Below are positions 11,556 through 25,199 of a stretch of DNA of 64,000 bases, one piece after another (position 1 is the first letter of the stretch; every line of letters starts with the position of its first letter). The stretch comes from Mobula hypostoma. Lineage: Eukaryota. Location: the NCBI RefSeq assembly GCF_963921235.1, contig NC_086109.1:35404001-35468000 (forward strand). The letters run 5' to 3'. Position numbers and translations under genes: made by a program. Under the pieces are notes generated by a model. It made no database searches and was not told the DNA's origin. It saw only the letters and a list, made by a program, of their open reading frames with translations.

Positions 11556-14423
11556 TGTTGCACTCCAGGTATGGGGAATGCCCTAGCATCCTTAATGACC
11601 AGAACTATTTGTTGTTCTTGTGTTAAAAAGATTTTGTGGGATTATGGTGGGATGTTCAAGTTCATTTATTGTTACATTTTAGCTGGGGTAAACAGTTATT
11701 TACATGTGTGTTTGTGGGTCAGCCTGACTGTAACGGTGTGTATAACAAGCACTGTATGTATGTGACTGAGTGACTGAGTGGGTTCTCTCCCCAGGTCATA
11801 GCATCCAGTCTCTTTTTGTGTTTATCACAATAAAAATGGTTGTTGAGTTTAACAAGGTTACTCATTGTCATCGTGGACCGAATGCTTACCACATTGGTAC
11901 CAGGAATGGGATAAGGAATTGGCGACGAAATTAATGAGCTACGACGTCTGGAATAAGTCAAGGGACTGAGCAATATGCCACCCCCACACCCCCAGGCCGG
12001 GGTACCCGGAAACCAAGTATCGTGGCTTCCCTGTCAACCCTGAAGGGGTGAGCGTACCCAAGGGACATGGCAAAGCACATCACTCACCTCCCTTGTGACC
12101 CGCACTGGGGAACCCAAGACCCCACAGCCATGGGAGGATGGGCAGCATGTACGATGCCGGCGGAGCAAGAGGAAGACCAACGGGCCTCAGCAATTCACGC
12201 CACAAGGTCCACCCTCAAGCTCCCCAGGTGCAACGGTACCAGCCGCCTGCAGCCTTACCTGGCGTAAGTCAAACTTTCCACATGGCCCAACGGGTGAGCC
12301 CCACCACGATGGTGGTGCACCTTGCCCTGGCCCTGGAGGGGAATGCCCTGTGGGCCCTCTTCGATCTAACACCAGCTGAGCAGTGTGACTACAGGGCCCT
12401 CGTAGCGGTGCTGGAGCGGTGTTTCGAGCAGAAGCCATTGGAGAAAGCAATGAGGGAAGAACTGGACAGCAGATGGTGCCGTGTGGGAGAAAGCCTGGGG
12501 TGTTCACGGCACATCTTAGCCACTGTGCTTGGCATGGCTACCCCCGGTTCCCTCTCACAGTCCAAGAAGCGCTTGCCCTTCATGCCTTTATAAAGGCACT
12601 GACACCGGAGTTCCTATGGCAGCAAGTTAGCCTGACATCACCATCATCACTGACCGGGGCGCTGTCAGAGGTGGAGAGGGCAGAAACAATTTTAGCCCCC
12701 CCACCCCCCCCAAGTCATTCCAGTGTCTCCCCACATGCTGCAAGCCTGGCTTGTGTCACTGATGCGGAGGAGGAAACTGACAAGGAAAAGCCCATGAGAC
12801 AGGTATGACCAGCGCCAAGCTGGTCCCGCCGCGTGCCACAGAGCGATCTCTGCTACCGGCATGGTGATACAGGCCATTTGGCCTGGGAGTGCCCCGTACC
12901 AGTACCATGCTATAGCCCGGCGCAGCCATCGGGATGCACCGAGCGGGCGGTGCACCCCGAGTCCTCCAGTAGAATGCCTCGGTTGTCACCCTTCCGGGTT
13001 GTTGGATGGATGAAGAGCAAGGCTTATATGTGGACTGTGTGGTGGAGAGGATCAGACCCCCTGCGTTGGTCAACCATCACCACCATCCATCCGGTGTCAT
13101 CCCCAACACGAACCAGCCATCCCTGTGTGGGTGGACGATGACAGTGGGAGCTGGCTACGATCGCCGGTGACCGTGTGGCGATGAGAGGGAAGATGTCACA
13201 GTGGGGGTGAACACAGTGGAGCACAAGGTGTGGCTAGCCGACACCTGGGGATCCTGTATCATTGGGGGAGTCCAGTGTGGATGTGCCAGGGGCAACACTC
13301 TACCTCAGTGGTGAAGCCACGGCCCTCTGGCAGGGCAGCTCCAGGAAGTGGACCAGGCAGGAGTAGCAACAACCACCACTGGTCTCACAGTGGCCTGTGG
13401 CATGCAGCACACCCCACAGCGGCCCAACACAGTGGAACGAGAGGCAAGTGGCGGTGACAGTGCTTCAGGTGGCTGCTGGCAGCGAGGTAGACCTTTCCAC
13501 CACTGACCAGCAGCTGTTCAGTGTGCAGATGAGCGATCCTGTGTTGGCCCGGGGAAGGGGATGTCTGAGCGTGGAACACCAGCTAGTTGACTCTGCTCTG
13601 GATCCAGAGACCAAAGCCCTATACTCTCAGTGGGGGAACGCTGGAGGTGTGCGATGGGTTCCTCTTCCAGCGATGGCAGTTTCCTGACGGCGACAGACGT
13701 TTCCTGCAGCTGGCGGCCCCCCGTGGGGTCTCTGCACCACGGCGCTGCTCTCGGCGCACAGGCTGATTGGCAATGGCCTTCTCAGAGCTGCAAAGACGTT
13801 GGGCAGGCTGCGCAAATGCTTCTGCCGGCCTGGGTACAGGCAGGATGCGGAGCTGTTCGTGCACTGCTGCAAAGCTTACACCTCCCAGAAGCGGCCTGGC
13901 TGATGGTCGGGGCCCTGCTATGGGTCTACTGTCCCTCCCGGAAGAAAGGACTATCCCCCAAGCTGGAGACCACTGGAAGGGGCTGGGAGAGGTGTTCAGC
14001 CGCATCTCCAGTGTGGTATATCGGTTGTGGCAGTCATACTACACCGTTACCAGCTGGCAGCGTATCAGCTCTTGGCCACCACCGACCCAGCAAGACTGGA
14101 GGAAGAAAGTGACACTCTAGTCCACCCCAGCATTCCTAATGACCAGCACAGTTTATTGTTCTTGTGTTAAAATGCTTGTGTGGTATTATGGTGGGATGTT
14201 CACGTTCATTTACTCAGATTATACATTTGTTCGCATGTGTGTTTGTGGGTCACCCTGACTGTAACCGAGGTGCGTAGTAATCACCCCACCTGCTTGTCTG
14301 TGACTGAGTGGGTTGTCTCCCTGGGTCATAGCGTCCAGACTGTTTTATGTTAATCACATTAAAAACGGTTGTTGAGTTTAACGAGCTTACTGGTCTGTCA
14401 TCATAGACCAAATGCTCACCACA
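11556..14423 (+). mobile_element. Internally deleted Gypsy-like LTR retrotransposon
   Basis: Two related LTRs (~11556-11893, ~14110-14423) ending ACCACA; PBS TGGTACCAGGAATGGG at 11895 (tRNA-Leu-like); frameshifted gag with knuckle CYRHGDTGHLAWEC (12851-12892); integrase C-terminal remnant SPKL..HWKG..EV..RISSVVYRL; purine tract GGAGGAAGAAAG before the 3' LTR. Confidence 0.85.
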
Positions 14424-15509
14424 GTATCAATATCTACCTTGGCATGGAATTTTCTGCTTTCAGAAGACATGCTCTTTCTTCCTGTCCATATCAGAATCTT
14501 TTGCATCTGCCATCCTTTTTTTTTCCCTCTTTAACCACCCTCCACCCCGCCCGCAGCCTGATGAACATGACCCAGTATGCCAGAACCACATCAGCAGAAA
14601 AATCACACAGCCACAACACCTCATCCCAATTGTCACGTGTGCTCATTGCGTGAGGAAAAAAATCCTAGAATTTTGCTGCTCTAAAGGTTAGCAAATTTCT
14701 GTCCTTCTCAGGTCTGGTGAAGGTTCCCTTACCTAAAACATTAACTCTTTCTCTTTCTATAGATACATCCTGACATAATTAATTTTGACACTCATCGATA
14801 GGTCCAAATGTGCAACATCGTCTGCTTCGTCCTTCACCGTTCTACTGGGTGACGAGAGAAACTTTGAAAGTTCACAGAAAAAAAGTGCACAGAGTGGTTT
14901 ATACTATGCAGGGAAGGAAAGTCATATATCTCAAATGACACTAGGTTATCAATATATAAAGTTATTGTAACAGTATCTCAATTATGTGGAAGTGAAAAAG
15001 ATGCCCAGTTATGTAATTGATCAGAATGCTCTAATATCTGGTTCTGATACAGAGGAAATTTTCAGTTTGGCAGCCTTCCTCCTTTCCATATGTTATACGA
15101 CCAATTGTGTCTTTTTTCTGGAATAAAAAAGAGGTATTGTCCAGTGGCACACATGTATTTGTATTAATCAATTGTAATTGACAAATGAGGTGTAATATGA
15201 ATGTAATGTTAAGCATATAGTGTGAGAGAAAAATAAAGGCACCATACACTTTTTGGATGATTAGTTTGAAGAAGGAGAGGATCAGCAGATCGTACACTTG
15301 AGTATGATTTGCTGCTCCGCCACAAAATTTCTTCACAGATCAACAGGATCTAAATGTAGAGGTATACAGATTGTTGAAAGAGGCAGCGTCCCATTCAATA
15401 CATGCTTGCTGATTCTCATTTCCTTTCCCTCTCCCCTTCCCTTAACATTTCTCTGTGTCTGTCATTTTCTGTCTCTGTGTCTATGCATGATTCTCTCTGA
15501 TCTATAATA

Positions 15510-16060
15510 GCATTACAGTAAAAACAAATTAATCATTGGAGTTCCCATTGAGAAGCAAATTAGACACAGTGACTGCATGATAAAATCGTGAAGGGAAAAT
15601 GGAAGGGATTCAAAGATGGAGAATTCTAGTGGAAGCCAGCATATCCTTGCGAAAGAGCACCCAAACCTAAAGTACATAAAAGAGATTAATGGCAAGTCAG
15701 GACAAGTTGAACAGAATGAGAAGAATATATGTCAGAGAGAAATGAAAATGTTCGCTCAGAGAGTTTATTAGAAAATATTAGGAAGCTACATTAACTTTAA
15801 TCAATTGAGTGAATTTTAGAGGTGAAACACCACAGAGGTGTCTAGCACTCCCGAGTGGGTAGGGATTTTTGGGCAATAACATGAGAAATATGAACAAAGC
15901 ATAAAGCTTGGTCGACATAGGATTCAATGAGAAATCTTCATATAGAGCAATGGGTGTAGCTAGGAAGATGGTGTGAAGATTAAACTGATGTGGGAAGCTA
16001 TAAGCATTATAAAAATGGAGATGATGTATGTTCAAGATGAGTATTACTGACAGCTAGTAA
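15510..16060 (+). mobile_element. Highly decayed CR1-like RT remnant
   Basis: Patches resembling SQHxF, LIE and LG-KPLE regions of CR1 ORF2; many indels. Confidence 0.3.
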
Positions 16061-16104
16061 GTTAACTTGTTCAAATGACATACTAAATGTGGGAGCAGCT
16101 CAGT

Positions 16105-16420
16105 AATTCGGGCTCCGTCTGCGGAGAGGAATAAAGAATTAATGTTTCAGGCCGAGACAGTTCATCAGAACTGGTGAAGAGTCTTGACCCAAAATCGACT
16201 TCATTCCTCTCCATAGATGCTGCCTGACCTCCTGAGTTCCTGTCACAATCAAGATGCTGGAAATCTGAACAACACGCACAAAATGCTGGACAAACTCAGC
16301 AGGCCAGACGGCATCTATGGAAAAGGGTGCAGTTGGAATTTCGGGCCAAGCCCCTTCAGCAGGACCCTTCAGAGTTCCTCCACTACTTTGGTTTCCCAGC
16401 CCCTGCTGAATCTCTTGTGC
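16105..16420. mobile_element. Rearranged PLE terminal-repeat cluster
   Basis: Alternating-orientation copies of AAATGCTGG..ACTCAGCAGGCCAG..GCATCTATGG and ATAGATGCTGCCTGACC, with hammerhead-like boxes. Confidence 0.7.
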
Positions 16421-16505
16421 AAATGTCATGACTTCTAGGTTGCTAAAGAAGTGTAGGTGGATGCAACAGAAACATTGGTCACAATCTCTTCATATTCTTT
16501 ATATA

Positions 16506-17356
16506 CAGTGCCTTTAAAAAGTATTCACCTCATTGGACGTTTTCATATCTTATTGATTTACAACATTGAAACACAGTGGATTTAAATTGGCTTTTTTTGA
16601 ACATGATCAACAGAAAGAGACTCTTTCATGTCACAGTGAAAACAGATCTCCACAAAATTATCCAAATTAATTACAAATTAAAACATAAATTAATTAATTG
16701 CATAAGTATTCACCCCCTTCAAGTCAGTATTTAGTAGATGAACCATTGGCAGCAATTACAGCCTTGAGTCTGTGTGGATAGGTCTCTAGCAGCTTTGCAC
16801 ATTTGGACAATACAATTTTCCCCCCTTCTTATTTACAAAACAGTTCATGCTCTGTCAGATTGTATGAGGATCACAAGGGAACAACATCTTTGAAGTCCAG
16901 CCACAAAGTCTCAGTTGGACTGAGGTCTGGACTCTGACTTAGCCACTCCAAGACATTAACTTTGTTATTTTTCAGCCTCTCCTGTGTAGTTTTGGCTCTA
17001 TGCTTGGGGTCATTGTCTTGCTGGGAAACAACTCTCTCCCAAGTTACAGTTCTCTTACAGATTGCATCAGGTTTTCCTCCAGGTTTGCCCCCGTATTTAG
17101 CTGCATTCATTTTACCCTCTACCTACACAAGCCTTCCAGGGCTGTCTGCAGTGAAGCATCCTCACAGCATGATGCAGCCACCACCACGATAGGGATAGTG
17201 TGTTTTTTATGATGTGCGGTGTTTTACCTATGCCAAACATAGTGTATAGTCTGATAGCCAAAACACTCAATTTTGGTTTCATCAGATCATAGAACCATCT
17301 TCCAGCTGAATTCAGAATCTCCCACATGCCTTCTGGCAAACTCGAGCTAAGATTTC
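16506..17356 (-). mobile_element. Tc1-like DNA transposon, 3' part (TIR plus transposase C-terminus)
   Basis: TA|CAGTGCCTTTAAAAAGTATTCACC terminus with an internal direct repeat (AAGTATTCACCCCC ~16705); minus-strand [29 protein letters not shown] motifs. Confidence 0.9.
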
Positions 17357-18281
17357 AAACATAGAACATAGAATAGTACAGCACAGTACAGGCCCTTCGG
17401 CCCACAATGTTGTGCCGACCCTCAAACCCTGCCTCCCATATAAGCCCCCACCTTAAATTCCTCCATATACCTGTCTAGTAGTCTCTTAAACTTCACTAGT
17501 GTATCTGCCTCCACCACTGACTCAGGCAGTGCATTCCATGCACCAACAACTCTCTGAGTAAAAAACCTTCCTCTAATATCCCCCTTGAACTTCCCACCCC
17601 TTACCTTAAAGCCATGTCCTCTTGTATTGAGCAGTGGTGCCCTGGGGAAGAGGTGCTGGCTATCCACTCTATCTATTCCGCTTATTATCTTGTACACCTC
17701 TATCAAGTGTCCTCTCATCCTCCTTCTCTCCAAAGAGTAAAGCCCTAGATCCCTTAATCTCTGATCATAATGCATACTTTCTAAACCAGGCAGGATCCTG
17801 GTAAATCTCCTCTGTACCATTTCCAATGCTTCCACATCCTTCCTATAGTGAGGTGACCAGAACTGGACACAGTACTCCAAGTGTGGCCTAACCAGAGTTT
17901 TATAGAGCTGCATCATTACATCGCGACTCTTAAACTCTATCCCTCGACTTATGAAAGCTAACACCCCATAAGCTTTCTTAACTACCCTATCCACCTGTGA
18001 GGCAACTTTCAGGGATCTGTGGACATGTACCCCGAGATCCCTCTGCTCCTCCACACTACCAAGTATCCTGACATTTACTTTGTACTCTGCCTTGGAGTTT
18101 GTCCTTCCAAGGTGTACCACCTCACACTTCTCTGGGTTGAACTCCATCTGCCACTTCTCAGCCCACTTGTGCATCCTATCAGTGTCTCTCTGCAATCTTT
18201 GACAATCCTCTACACTATCTATAACACCACCAACCTTTGTGTCGTCTGCAAACTTGCCAACCCACCCTTCTACCCCCACAT
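17357..18281 (-). mobile_element. Young 5'-truncated CR1 LINE
   Basis: Uninterrupted 285-aa ORF (KFADDTK, LVRPHLEYC, QRVVGAWNALP); (TTCTATG)n tail. Confidence 0.95.
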
Positions 18282-18759
18282 TCAGGTCGTATCAGAAGAT
18301 TGAGTGGTGGTAAATGCTATGATATTTTGCTCTGGACGTCACACTCTATCTCAGCATTTATTATTCCATCTACATTTTCCCCTGGAGTGAGGAGGTAATA
18401 AGTAGATTTACTAAAGTGCAGAATTCATTATTAGTGAACCAAATGTTTTTATTTAACCACAGTTTGATAGTGTCATGGCTTCTGTTAATGAGATTTTTTT
18501 TTTGAAATAACTACATGAATTTAAATTCCTCATTTGCCTTACTGGGATTCAAACTGGTGTCTCCAAGTTATTTATTCAGAATTTCTGTTGCTACTCCGGT
18601 AGATTAATCCTTACACTGCTGTGTCCTTATACAGCATAATTGATATGGGGAGAGCCAAACCTCAAAAGCTAGGCCAGTCAGTCCAATTTTATAAGAACTA
18701 AATAAAGCTTTAGTTGAGATAGCTCAATTATAAATATTCTATTTTCCATATTTGCCTAC

Positions 18760-19100
18760 AGCATAGAAAGAGACCACCTGTATCACTTGAGTCTCTGAGT
18801 ACTACTACATGAATGCCATTCCTCCCCCCCCACCCTAGTTTTCTCTGTAACCTGTTCTCCCCAGGCTTCCATTGACTCTTCCCAAATTCTCACACTCACT
18901 TGCACGCTAAGGGGAGGAGTGGGTTACAGTAGCCAATAACATAATAATAAGCATGCCTTTGGACTGGAGCATATTGGGGATGCCCTTAGAGTCATGGGGA
19001 GAATATGCAAACTTCACACAAACAATATCAAAAGACAGATTCCTTGTCAATCAGGTCAACAGTTGCAAGGCAACATCTCGATGCAATGTGCCACCTTGTT
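18760..19100 (-). mobile_element. HE1/V-SINE-like element (decayed)
   Basis: GTCATGGGGAGAATATGCAAACTTCACACA is the reverse of the V-domain seen at 3950. Confidence 0.55.
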
Positions 19101-19215
19101 AATCTGCTATCCCACGTTCTGTGAGGTATTGACTTTATAGGCATAACAGGAAGAGGAAAGATGTAGAATTAAGAGAAAAGTAAAGGTTGAGGGCATAAAA
19201 GTGGCTCTACAGAAG

Positions 19216-22200
19216 AGACCACAAGATGTAAGAGCAGAATTAGGTCATTTGGCCTATCGAGTCTGTTCCGTCATTTCATCATGGCTGATCCATCTTTCCT
19301 CTCAGCCCAACCTCCTGCCTTCTCCCCATATCCCTTCATGCCCACACAATCAAGAATTTATCAACCTCTGCCTTAAATATATATAAATTAGCCAGAGAAA
19401 GTGGCTCACCTGAGAACTGGGAGAAATTCAGAGTTCAGCAGAGGAGGACAAAGGGCTTAATTAGGAAGGGGAAAAAAGATTATGAGAGAAAACTGGCAGG
19501 GAACATAAAAACGGACTGTAAAAGCTTTTATAGATATGTAAAAAGGAAAAGACTGGTAAAGACAAATGTACGTCCCCTGCAGACAGAAACAGGTGAATTG
19601 ATTATGGGGAGCAAGGACATGGCAGACCAATTGAATAGTTACTTTGGTTCTGTCTTCACTAAGGAGGACATAAATAATCTTCCAGAAATAGTAAGGGACA
19701 GAGGGTCCAGTGGGATGGAGGAACTGAGCGAAATACATGTTAGTAGGGAAGTGGTGTTATGTAAATTGAAGGGATTGAAGGCAGATAAATCCCCAGGGCC
19801 AGGTGGTCTGCATCCTAGAGTGCTTAAAGAAGTAGCCCAAGAAATAGTGGATGCATTAGTGATAATTTTTCAAAACTCGTTAGATTCTGGACTAGTTCCT
19901 GAGGATTGGAGGGTGGCTAATGTAACCCCACTTTTTAAAAAAGGAGGGAGAGAGAAACCGGGGAATTATAGACCGGTTAGCCTAACGTCGGTGGTGGGGA
20001 AACTGCTGGAGTCAGTTATCAAGGATGTGATAACAGCACATTTGGAAAGCGGTGAAATGATCGGACAAAGTCAGCATGGATTTGTGAAAGGAAAATCATG
20101 TCTGACGAATCTCATAGAATTTTTTGAGGATGTAACTAGTAGAGTGGATAGGGGAAAACCAGTGGATGTGGTATATTTGGATTTTCAAAAGCTTTTGACA
20201 AGGTCCCACACAGGAGATTAGTGTGCAAACTTAAAGCACACAGTATTGGGGGTAAGGTATTGGTGTGGGTGGAGAATTGGTTAGCAGACAGGAAGCAAAG
20301 AGTGGGAATAAACGGGACCTTTTCAGAATGGCAGGCGGTGACTAGTGGGGTACCGCAAGGCTCAGTGCTGGGACCCCAGTTGTTTACAATATATATTAAT
20401 GACTTGGATGAGGGAATTAAATGCAGCATCTCCAAGTTTGCGGATGACACGAAGCTGGGTGGCAGTGTTAGCAGTGAGGAGGATGCTAAGAGGATGCGGG
20501 GTGACTTGGATAGGTTGGGTGAGTGGGCAAATTCATGGCAGATGCAATTTAATGTGGATAAATGTGAAGTTATCCACTTTGGTGGCAAAAATAGGAAAAC
20601 AGATTATTATCTGAATGGTGGCCGATTAGGAAAAGGGGAGGTGCAACGAGACCTGGGTGTCATTATACACCAGTCATTGAAAGTGGGCATGCAGGTACAG
20701 CAGGCGGTGAAAAAGGTGAATGGTATGCTGGCATTTATAGCAAGAGGATTCGAGTACAGGAGCAGGGAGGTACTACTGCAGTTGTACAAGGCCTTGGTGA
20801 GACCACACCTGGAGTATTGTGTGCAGTTTTGGTCCCCTAATCTGAGGAAAGACATCTTTGCCATAGAGGGAGTACAAAGAAGGTTCACCAGATTGATTCC
20901 TGGGATGGCGGGACTTTCATATGAAGAATGACTGGATGAGTTGGGCTTGTACTCGTTGGAATTTAGAAGATTGAGGGGGGATCTGATTGAAACGATCTGA
21001 TATAACGTTTTGAGAGGGGATCTGATTGATCCTAAAGGGATTGGACAGGCTAGATGCAGGAAGATTGTTCCCGATGTTGGGGAAGTCCAGAACGAGGGGT
21101 CACAGTTTGAGGATAGAGGGGAAGCCTTTTAGGACCGAGATTAGGAAAAACTTCTTCACACAGAGAGTGGTGAATCTGTGGAATTCTCTGCCACAGGAAA
21201 CTGTTGAGGCCAGTTCATTGGCTATATTTAAGAGGGAGTTAGATATGGCCCTTGTGGCTACGGGGGTCAGTGGGTATGGAGGGAAGGCTGGGGCGGGGTT
21301 CTGAGTTGGATGATCAGCCATGATCATAATAAATGGCGGTGCAGGCTCGAAGGGTCGAATGGCCTACTCCTGCACCTATTTTCCATGTTTCTATGTTTCT
21401 ATATAAAGTCTTGGCTTCCACAGCTGCCTGTGGCAAAGAATTCCACAGATTCACTACTCTCCAGCTAACGAAATTCTTCTTCATCTCTATTCTAAAAGGA
21501 CATCTCTCAATTCCGAGGCTCTGTTGTTTGGTTTTAGACTCTCCCATATAGAAAACATCCTCTTCACACCCACTCTATTAAGGACGTACACCATTTGATG
21601 GGTTTCAATGAGGTCACTTACCATTCTTCAAAATTCTAGTGAATACAGGCCCAGAGCCAGCAGACACTCTTCATATGACAAGCCATTCAATCCTGGAATC
21701 ATTTTTGTGAACCTCCTGTTAACCCTTGCCAGTCGCAGCATATCCTTCATAAAAACAAGAGGCCCAAACCTGCTCACAATACTTTAGGTGAGGTCTCAAC
21801 AGTGCTTTATAAAGTCTCAACATTACATTCTTGCTTTTATATACTAGTCCTCTTAAAATGAATACTAACATTGCAATTGCCTTCCTCACCACAGCCTCAA
21901 CCTGCAAATTAACCTTTAGGGAATCTTGCCCAAGGACTCCCAAACCCCCTTGCATCTCATTTTTTGGATTTTCTCTCCATTCAGAAAATAGTAAACCCTT
22001 TCATTTCTTCTACCAAAGTGCATGACCATACACTTCCCAATGCTGTATTCCACCTGCCATTTCTTTGCCCATTCACCTAATCTGTCTAAGTCCTTTTGTA
22101 GCTTCTCTACTTCTTAAAACTACAGTACCTGCCCCTGCACCTATGTTCATATCATCAGCAAGCTTTGCAACAAAGTTATCAATTCCATCATCCAAATCAT

Positions 22201-24895
22201 TGACATATAACATTAAAAGAATTGGTCCCAACAGAAACCCCTGTGGAACACCACTAGTCACCAACAGCCAGTCAGAAAAGGCTCCCTTTATTCTCACTAT
22301 TTGCCTCCTGACAGTCAGTCACTGCTTTATCTATGCTAGGTTCTTTCCTGTAATACCACAGCCCTCATAGCTTGGTAAGCAGCCCCAAGTGTGGCCTTTT
22401 GAAAACCCAAGTACACAGCAACAGTTAATTCTCCTTTATCTATCCTACTTGTTACTTCTTCAAAGAATTCCAACAGATTTGTTAGGTGAGATATTCCCTT
22501 GAGGAAACCATGCTGACTACAGCCTATTTTATCATGTGGCTCCAAGTACTCTGAGACCTCATTCTAAATAATCGACTCCACCATCTTCCCAATCGCTGAG
22601 GTCAGACTAACTGGCCTATAGTTTCTTTTCCTCTGCCTTTCTCCTTTCTTGAAGAGTGGAACGACATTTGCAATTTTCCAGTCTTCTGGAATCTAGTGAT
22701 TCTTGAAAGATCATTGGTAACGCCTCCTTGATCTCTTCAGCCACCTCTTTCAGAATCCTGGGGTGGACACCATCTGGTCCAGGTGACTTATCTACTTTCA
22801 GACCTTTCAGTTTCCCAAGAACCTCCTCTTTAGTTATGGTAACTTCACACACTTCATGCCCCTGACACATGGAACTTCCACCATACTACTAGTGTCTTCC
22901 ACAGTGAAGAACGATGCAAAATACTTATTCCATTCATCCGCTATTTTGTTGTTCCCCATTATTACCTCCCCAACACCATTAATCAGTGGTCCAATATCTA
23001 CTCTCACCGCTCTTTTACACTTTATGTATCTGAAGAATCTTTTTGTATCCTCTTTCATATTATTGGCTAGCTTTCTTTCATATTCCATCTTACCTTCTTA
23101 ATTACTTTTGTAGTTGCCTTCTGTGGTTTTTAAAAGCTTCTCAATACTTTAACTTTCCACTAAACTTTGCTCTATCATATGACCTCCCTTTGGCTTTTAT
23201 GTCCTCTTTGACTTCTCTTGTTAGCTACAGTTGTGTCATCTTTCCTTTAAGATACTTTTTCCTCTTTGGGATGCATATTTCCTGAGCCCTCGGAATTGCT
23301 TCCTGAAATTCCAGCCATTTCTGCTCTGCCATCATCCATGTCAATGTTCTTTTCCAATGAATTCTGGCCAACGCTTCTCTCATGCTTCTATAATTACTCC
23401 ACTGTAATACTGATACATTTGAGCTTAGCTTCTCTTTCTCAAATTTCAGGGTGAATTTTATCAAATTATGATCACCGTTCCCTAAGGGTTCTTTTACTCT
23501 CTAATCAATTCTGGTTCAATTGACAACACCCAATCCAGAATATCTGATCCCCTCGTGGGCTCAACTATGAGCTGCTCTAAAAAGCCATCTCATGGCATTC
23601 TAGAAATTCCCCCTCCTGTAATCTAGCATCAGCCTGATTTTCCCAATCTATGTGCATATTGAAGTCCCCCATGACTATTGTAACATTGCCCATTTGGAAT
23701 GCATGTTTTATATCCCATTGTAATTTGGAGCCAACATTCTGACTACTGTTTGGGAGTCTGTATGCAACTCCCAACAAGTTCCTTGCAGTTCCTTAGCTCA
23801 ATCCACAATGATTCAACACTTTTGGACCCTATGTCACCACTTTCTAGTGATTTCAATTTTTCCCAACACAGCAACACCACCCACTCTGCATTCCTGCCTA
23901 TCCTTTGGATACAATGTGTATCCTTGGGTATTAAGTTCCCAGCTATAATCTTTTGATTATGATTCTGTGGCACATACACCATCATACCTGCCAATCTGCA
24001 ACTGTGCTCCAGTTCGCCTACCTTATTCCATATACTGCGCACATTCAGATACAACACTTTCAGTCTTGAATTCACCTTTTTAGATTTTGTCGCAGCATGC
24101 TTAACCTTTTGATTCCTAACTCTGTCTGACATTTTACCAACATCTGCCTCCATAAACTCTCCACTAACTGTCTGACAATCTCATTCCCATTCCTCTTCAA
24201 CTCTAATTTTAACCCCACTGTGCAGCATTAACAAACCTTCCCTCTAGTTCAGGTGCAAACCATCCCTTCTGTACATATTCCACCTTCCCTCGAAGAGAGA
24301 CCAGTGATCCAAAAACCTTATGCCCTCCCTCCTACATCAAACCCTTAGCCACGTATTAAACTGTATAATCTTCCTAGTCCTAGCCTCACTAGCACATGGA
24401 ATGGGTAGCAATCCTGCAATCATAACCTTGGAGGTCCTACCCTTTAACTTAGCACCTAACTCTCTATGCAGAACCTTGTAACTCGTCCTACCCATGTCAT
24501 TGCTACCTACATGGACTGCGACTTCAGGCTTTTCACCCTCCCACTTAAGAATGCTGAGAACTAGATCCGAGGTATCCTAGACCCTGGCACTCTGAGACAA
24601 CAAACAGTGTGGGAATCTCGTTCTTGCCCACAGAGTCTTCTGTCTGTACCCCTAACTAACTAATCCCCTATTACCAGCATGCCTCTTCTTCCCCCTTCCC
24701 GTCTGAGTCACAGATGCAGACTCAGTTTCAGAGACCCGACCAACGTGAAATTTCTATGCTTGGTCATCTCTCCCCCGTGACGATTTCCAAAATGATATAC
24801 CTGTTGTTGAGGGAGATGGACGCAGGGATACTTTGCACTGGCTCTGTAAACCCTTTCTCCTTCCTGACTGTCACCCAGTTTCCTGTATCCTGCAC
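19216..24895 (-). mobile_element. Near full-length decayed CR1 LINE, interrupted by a second CR1
   Basis: Tail at 19216-19387, resuming at 21408. Minus-strand fragments of RT (SGVPQG, KLADD), tether (KSPGPDG), APE (YLNVRSI, VMGDFN) and ORF1 esterase region. Confidence 0.9.
19388..21400 (+). mobile_element. Young 5'-truncated CR1 LINE (~2 kb)
   Basis: 207-aa and 236-aa RT ORFs split by one frameshift; (TTTCTATG)n tail; TSD TATATAAA (19380-19387, 21400-21407). Confidence 0.95.
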
Positions 24896-25199
24896 TGGAG
24901 ATGTAGAAGGTGGTGGCAGATTGGAATGTTTTACAATGGATCTACTACCTGAGTCACTAGTCAGACAGCATCATTAGGTTTGATAGAAAATTTGGCAAAA
25001 TATTGATTGCAATATGGATAGTTGCAGAGCAAGGAAGGTGAAATGAGCAGAAGCATGAAATATGGAGCTTAATTTGTGACCTATCAGCGGCATCAAGAGA
25101 GCTTTACCAACAGGGATTTCTTGCAGGTTGGCAGCGGTTATTTAAAAAGGGAGCTTCAAGAGCGTTTGTCCATTGTACATGGCCTATCAGTGGTTATAA

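Noticed and set aside
12067..14120. Dense overlapping GC-rich ORFs as a novel gene cluster
   Set aside because: Frameshifted gag/pol debris between two LTRs; the high GC content lengthens spurious frames.
17422..18279. 285-aa intact ORF as a functional or domesticated RT
   Set aside because: 5'-truncated CR1 starting just before the FADD motif; intactness reflects young age.
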